11,363 bases of DNA, taken from NCBI RefSeq assembly GCF_006345805.1, contig NW_021827042.1:1-11363 (forward strand). The letters run 5' to 3'. The notes under the pieces are model-generated. The model was not told where the DNA came from and ran no database searches. It saw only the letters and a list, made by a program, of their open reading frames with translations. Source of the stretch: Octopus sinensis. Lineage: Eukaryota. Positions 7,412-11,363 of this stretch are shown here, piece after piece; positions within the stretch are counted from its first letter, which is position 1; every line of letters begins with the position of its first letter. The position numbers and the translations under genes are program-made.

Positions 7412-7821
7412 AGGGGGATGACCACTAAGTGGACATCCAATATGCTAGAAGTAGACCCCCATATGGTCTGACCACTAAGAAAAGATTGTTCTCACGAAAA
7501 TTTAGCAAACTCCAGAACAAGACAAATGAAAAGATACAAAATATAATGATTAGTCACGAACCCGGTTTCATTGTGACCACTTACATAATTACATACGTAA
7601 ATGTCCGCAACTTATCAGTATGACCGTCATAGCAAAACATAAATTGCAGAACTAAACACGAGACGTCCACACGAGAACGAACATGCATATAGTTTAGCCA
7701 ATTACATTTGGGGGGTCTATTTGAAATGTCTTCGTTTTGGCGCGCCAAAAACCCGGAAATAACTCTGCAGAAAATAATTTTCTGCAGTAAATCATGCCGT
7801 CCACTTAGTGGTCATCCCTCT
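7412..7821. mobile_element. MITE-like non-autonomous DNA transposon, about 410 bp
   Basis: ATATAAGGGGGATGACCACTAAGTGGAC (7407-7434) matches the reverse complement of 7799-7826 at 27/28. TA or TATA flanks both sides. An extra inverted match is TAGACCCCC (7452-7460) with GGGGGTCTA (7711-7719). Confidence 0.68.
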
Positions 7822-7823
7822 TA

Positions 7824-7879
<56 letters not shown>

Positions 7880-7902
7880 TCTATCATATCTCTATCCTAT
7901 CT

Positions 7903-7935
<33 letters not shown>
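7822..7935 (+). repeat. (TATC)n grading into (TA)n
   Basis: Directly visible. Confidence 0.92.
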
Positions 7936-7936
<1 letters not shown>

Positions 7937-8104
7937 ATAATAAATATACAGTATTATAGTATTAGGGAGAAAAAACAACCATCAGTCACGAATATTAAGT
8001 AAGACTGCCAAGTAGTTGTGCTGTGTTTAAGCTCCTTGATCTTGGGTTCAAATTTCGCCTTTGTATTGAAAGAGAGATTCCTTTAATATTTGTTTCTTAT
8101 ATTT

Positions 8105-8255
8105 TTATTCTTACATCTGTTTCATGGACTCAAGCCATGGTAGGGTACCGTCTTTAAGGACTAACTCAAACAAATCGACCCGAAGGATTATTTTTTTCTC
8201 AATTCCAACACTTTTTCTGTTGATCTCTTTTTGCCGAACTACTAAGTGACGGTGA
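8105..8255 (-). mobile_element. Old degenerate 3' fragment of the CORE-like SINE family
   Basis: Colinear with the reverse complement of about 5625-5770: TGTTTCA, GCCATG, ACCGTCTTTA, AAATCGACCC, TCTCTTTTTGCCGAAC, CTAAGTGACGG. Confidence 0.65.
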
Positions 8256-8410
8256 TATGCATGTGAAACGTAAGTAATTGCTAATAAGTGCCATAGTATG
8301 GCATAAGACTAACATTAAGATCTGAAAATGTACTTCTTGTGTTTGCCTTTATTCAAAGATTCTTTCTTGTTCCGGCCTTGAAACCATTAAAACATTAGAA
8401 TAAAATAAAA

Positions 8411-8439
8411 TAATGATGATAATAATAATAATAATAATA

Positions 8440-8520
<81 letters not shown>
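8411..8520 (+). repeat. (AAT)n microsatellite
   Basis: Directly visible. Confidence 0.96.
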
Positions 8521-8614
8521 TGAACTGAAAGACAAACCGATGTTGGGGGTTCTGGCATGAAATTCTACAGGAAGTGAACTCAGTCGAACTCAAAGAAGGA
8601 TGGCACCGGATATC

Positions 8615-8628
8615 CATATACATACATG

Positions 8629-8660
<32 letters not shown>

Positions 8661-9137
8661 CATACATACATACACAAACACAACCCACACCCACCACACA
8701 CAACACACATATATATATATAGACAATAACATTTATGCAGTTTTACACAGATACAGATATATATATATATATATATTATATATAATATATATATATATAA
8801 TATATATATATATATATTATACACATTCACACAAACATACACAGATGGATACAGTGTACATGTGTATGCATTTCAATTCAAATATACTCACACACGAAGT
8901 GAAACATGCACGCACAATACACATGTAAAAAGCGTATGTGTGTATGTGAATATATATTTATGATATGTGTGTGTGTGTACGTGTGTGTTACGCATGAGCA
9001 TAAACACGCTCATCTTTCAGTACGTTTGTATGTACGCGAACATGTGCGCTCGCTCTCACGAATGCCTAAATATATATTATATATATATATATATGTTTGT
9101 ATGTATGTATGTATGTATGTATGTGTATATATATATA

Positions 9138-9175
<38 letters not shown>

Positions 9176-9201
9176 TATATATATATACTATATATATATA
9201 C

Positions 9202-9233
<32 letters not shown>

Positions 9234-9468
9234 ATATATATATTATATATGTTGTATGTATGTAGGTATGTATGTATGGTATGTATGTGTATATATAGTA
9301 TATATATATATATTATATACATATATATATATATAGTATATTATATATATATATATAGATATATATATATAACTATCAAAGTATCAAAGTATATATAACA
9401 TATAGATACATATATATCTATATATATATATTATATATATATATATATACACATACACACACACACTA

Positions 9469-9513
<45 letters not shown>

Positions 9514-10088
9514 CATCGACGCGTAGTTGGGTGCTTGTGTGCATGTATGTACATGCGTGTATGTGTACTGTGTGCGTGTGTGTGTGTGTGGTATATTATC
9601 CTTTGATCACTCATCGAAACCAAGTAATTAACCGATGGCTCTTGGTTGTGGAAGTGCATTCTGCCCCTCCCCCATATACATCTATACATATATACACACA
9701 CACACACATGATCACACACGCACATACACATATACATATGTATATGTATACACATGTGTGTGTGTGTGTTTGTATACACATGTATGTATAAAAACGCAGC
9801 ATGCTGCGGTAGTTATGCAAATATCAACAAAGGGCAGCTGCAACATTGACTTTGAGGTTTAAAAGTGGTGATTGAAAGTACAAGTAACACACACACACAT
9901 ACATTGGCATACAGGTCATACACACATACATATATACAGTCCATACACACATATATGTACCAATACGGGATAGACAAATATATACACACATCTATATATA
10001 TATGTAATATATATATTGTGTGTGTGTGTACATATATCTATGTATATAGTCTAATACATATGTATACTATATATATATATTATATATA

Positions 10089-10130
<42 letters not shown>

Positions 10131-10231
10131 ATATATATATATATATACACACACATGCATGCATACATACAATATATAGATATATATACTATGTATATAT
10201 ATATATATATATATACCCACATACATGCATG

Positions 10232-10262
<31 letters not shown>

Positions 10263-10440
10263 TATATATGGTTCATTCATACATACATACATACAACATA
10301 CCATACAAATCACAAATCCACATATTGCTATACGTGAGCATATTCACATACATACCTGCACACACACACACACACACATACACATACACATACACACGCA
10401 CACGCACACTCACACACATACACACACCACCCGCACATAC
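8615..10440. repeat. Mosaic of (CATA)n/(TATG)n, (TA)n and (CA)n/(TG)n microsatellites with short unique spacers
   Basis: Directly visible; explains the many Y/I/H/T/V/C/M-rich ORFs. Confidence 0.92.
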
Positions 10441-10499
10441 GCGTTGCGCCTGTTTTATATTATGTTATATATTATTTATATCTCATATTTTTTTTGTTG

Positions 10500-10768
10500 C
10501 TTTTGGTTGTTGCCGTTGTTGTTGTTGTTGTTGCTGCTGCTGCTGTTGCTGCTGCTGTTGTATTTGATGTTGTTGTTGTTGCTGCTGTTTCCTTTGTTGA
10601 TGATAATGGAAATAACAGTTCAATTCCCGTCAGTTGGCCTCCATCCTCCATCCTCCTCCTCCTCATCATCATCATCCTCATCATCGCTATCACCATCATC
10701 ATCACTAACACTACTACAATTACCACCACCAACACCACAATGATTATTATTATTATTATTATTATTAA

Positions 10769-10819
<51 letters not shown>

Positions 10820-10820
10820 T
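10500..10820. repeat. Chained trinucleotide repeats: TTG/CTG, TCC, CAT, CAC and ATT
   Basis: Directly visible. Confidence 0.9.
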
Positions 10821-10899
10821 TCTTAGCTGGTTCCTTAGTTCTGTTTGGCGGAATTTCAGTTATAAATTCTAGGACAAAAGAGGGTGGAAAGAGATTGCA

Positions 10900-11135
10900 T
10901 GCGGTGCTGGTGGTGGTGCCGTCAGTGGTGGTGCTGGTGATGGTGTTGTGGTGTTGGCGGTGGCGGTGAAGTGTCATGCGGTGTGGTGTGGTGTGAGTCA
11001 GTATGTTCTAGTGTGATGTGGTGCGTCGTAGTTTCATCCAACGTATTCAAGTGCTGGTTGTATGGGGTATAGTACGGTGTGGTGCTAATGTAGTGTCGGG
11101 CATAGCGTGGTGTAGTGCCCTACGGTGTAGTGCAG
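10900..11135 (+). repeat. Degenerate GGT/GTG-rich low-complexity tract
   Basis: Visible GGT and GTGTG periodicity. Confidence 0.7.
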
Positions 11136-11248
11136 CTTGCTGGGAAATCTTTCGGTATTAGTAGATGACGTCATTCACTCCCTTTTTCAGCCCAGTCTAT
11201 ATATGTCAAGAGGGGGCGATGCGTGAGTGAATTACGTCATGTACCAAT

Positions 11249-11363
11249 ACCTATTTCTTTACTACCCACAAGGGGCTAAACACAGAGAGGACAAACAAGG
11301 AACAGACAAACGGATTAAGTCGATTATATCGACCCCAGTGCGTAACGGTACTTATTTAATCGA
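11249..11363 (-). mobile_element. 3' half of a SINE of the same family as 4420-4649, truncated by the window end
   Basis: Its reverse complement aligns to about 4540-4653: AAGTACC-GTTACGCACTGGGGTCGATATAATCGACTTAAT ... TTTAGCCCCTTGTGGGTAGTAAAGAAATAGGT. Confidence 0.88.

Noticed and set aside
8010-8070. Possible decayed SINE head (GGGTTCAAATTTCGCC resembles 4494-4509)
   Set aside because: Only the B-box region matches, which is too short to call.
10485-10625. Minus-strand polyglutamine exon with mixed CAA/CAG codons
   Set aside because: The Gln frame is bounded by stops on both sides within about 150 nt, no clear splice sites were seen, and it sits inside a compound microsatellite.
61-10826. 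Low-complexity ORFs (poly-Y, MYVC, YIHT, CV, poly-I, poly-N, poly-L)
   Set aside because: They are direct translations of microsatellites that lack stop codons in some frames.

Overview
Repeat-saturated animal genomic DNA with no recognisable host gene, RNA gene or CRISPR array. SINE types and microsatellite density suggest a cephalopod such as Octopus (inference from recalled resemblance, not a search). In order: a SINE 3' end with an (ATT)n tail (1-148); three decayed, 5'-truncated restriction-like-endonuclease (RLE) non-LTR retrotransposon fragments, all on the minus strand and separated by microsatellites (149-2596); a DD34E Tc1 transposon with both TIRs and TA flanks (3066-4788) carrying a nested tRNA-SINE with a 20-bp target duplication; a CORE-like SINE interrupting a 132-bp higher-order minisatellite with embedded palindromes (5310-6250); two MITE-like elements (6381-6665, 7412-7821); more SINE fragments; and about 2.4 kb of mixed microsatellites. 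Most ORFs in the supplied track are microsatellite artefacts. The best novelty leads are a possibly (CATA)n-targeting RLE retrotransposon, a palindrome-rich MITE with an E2F-like site, a covarying hairpin shared across SINE families, and the palindromic higher-order repeat. None is proven from this window alone.
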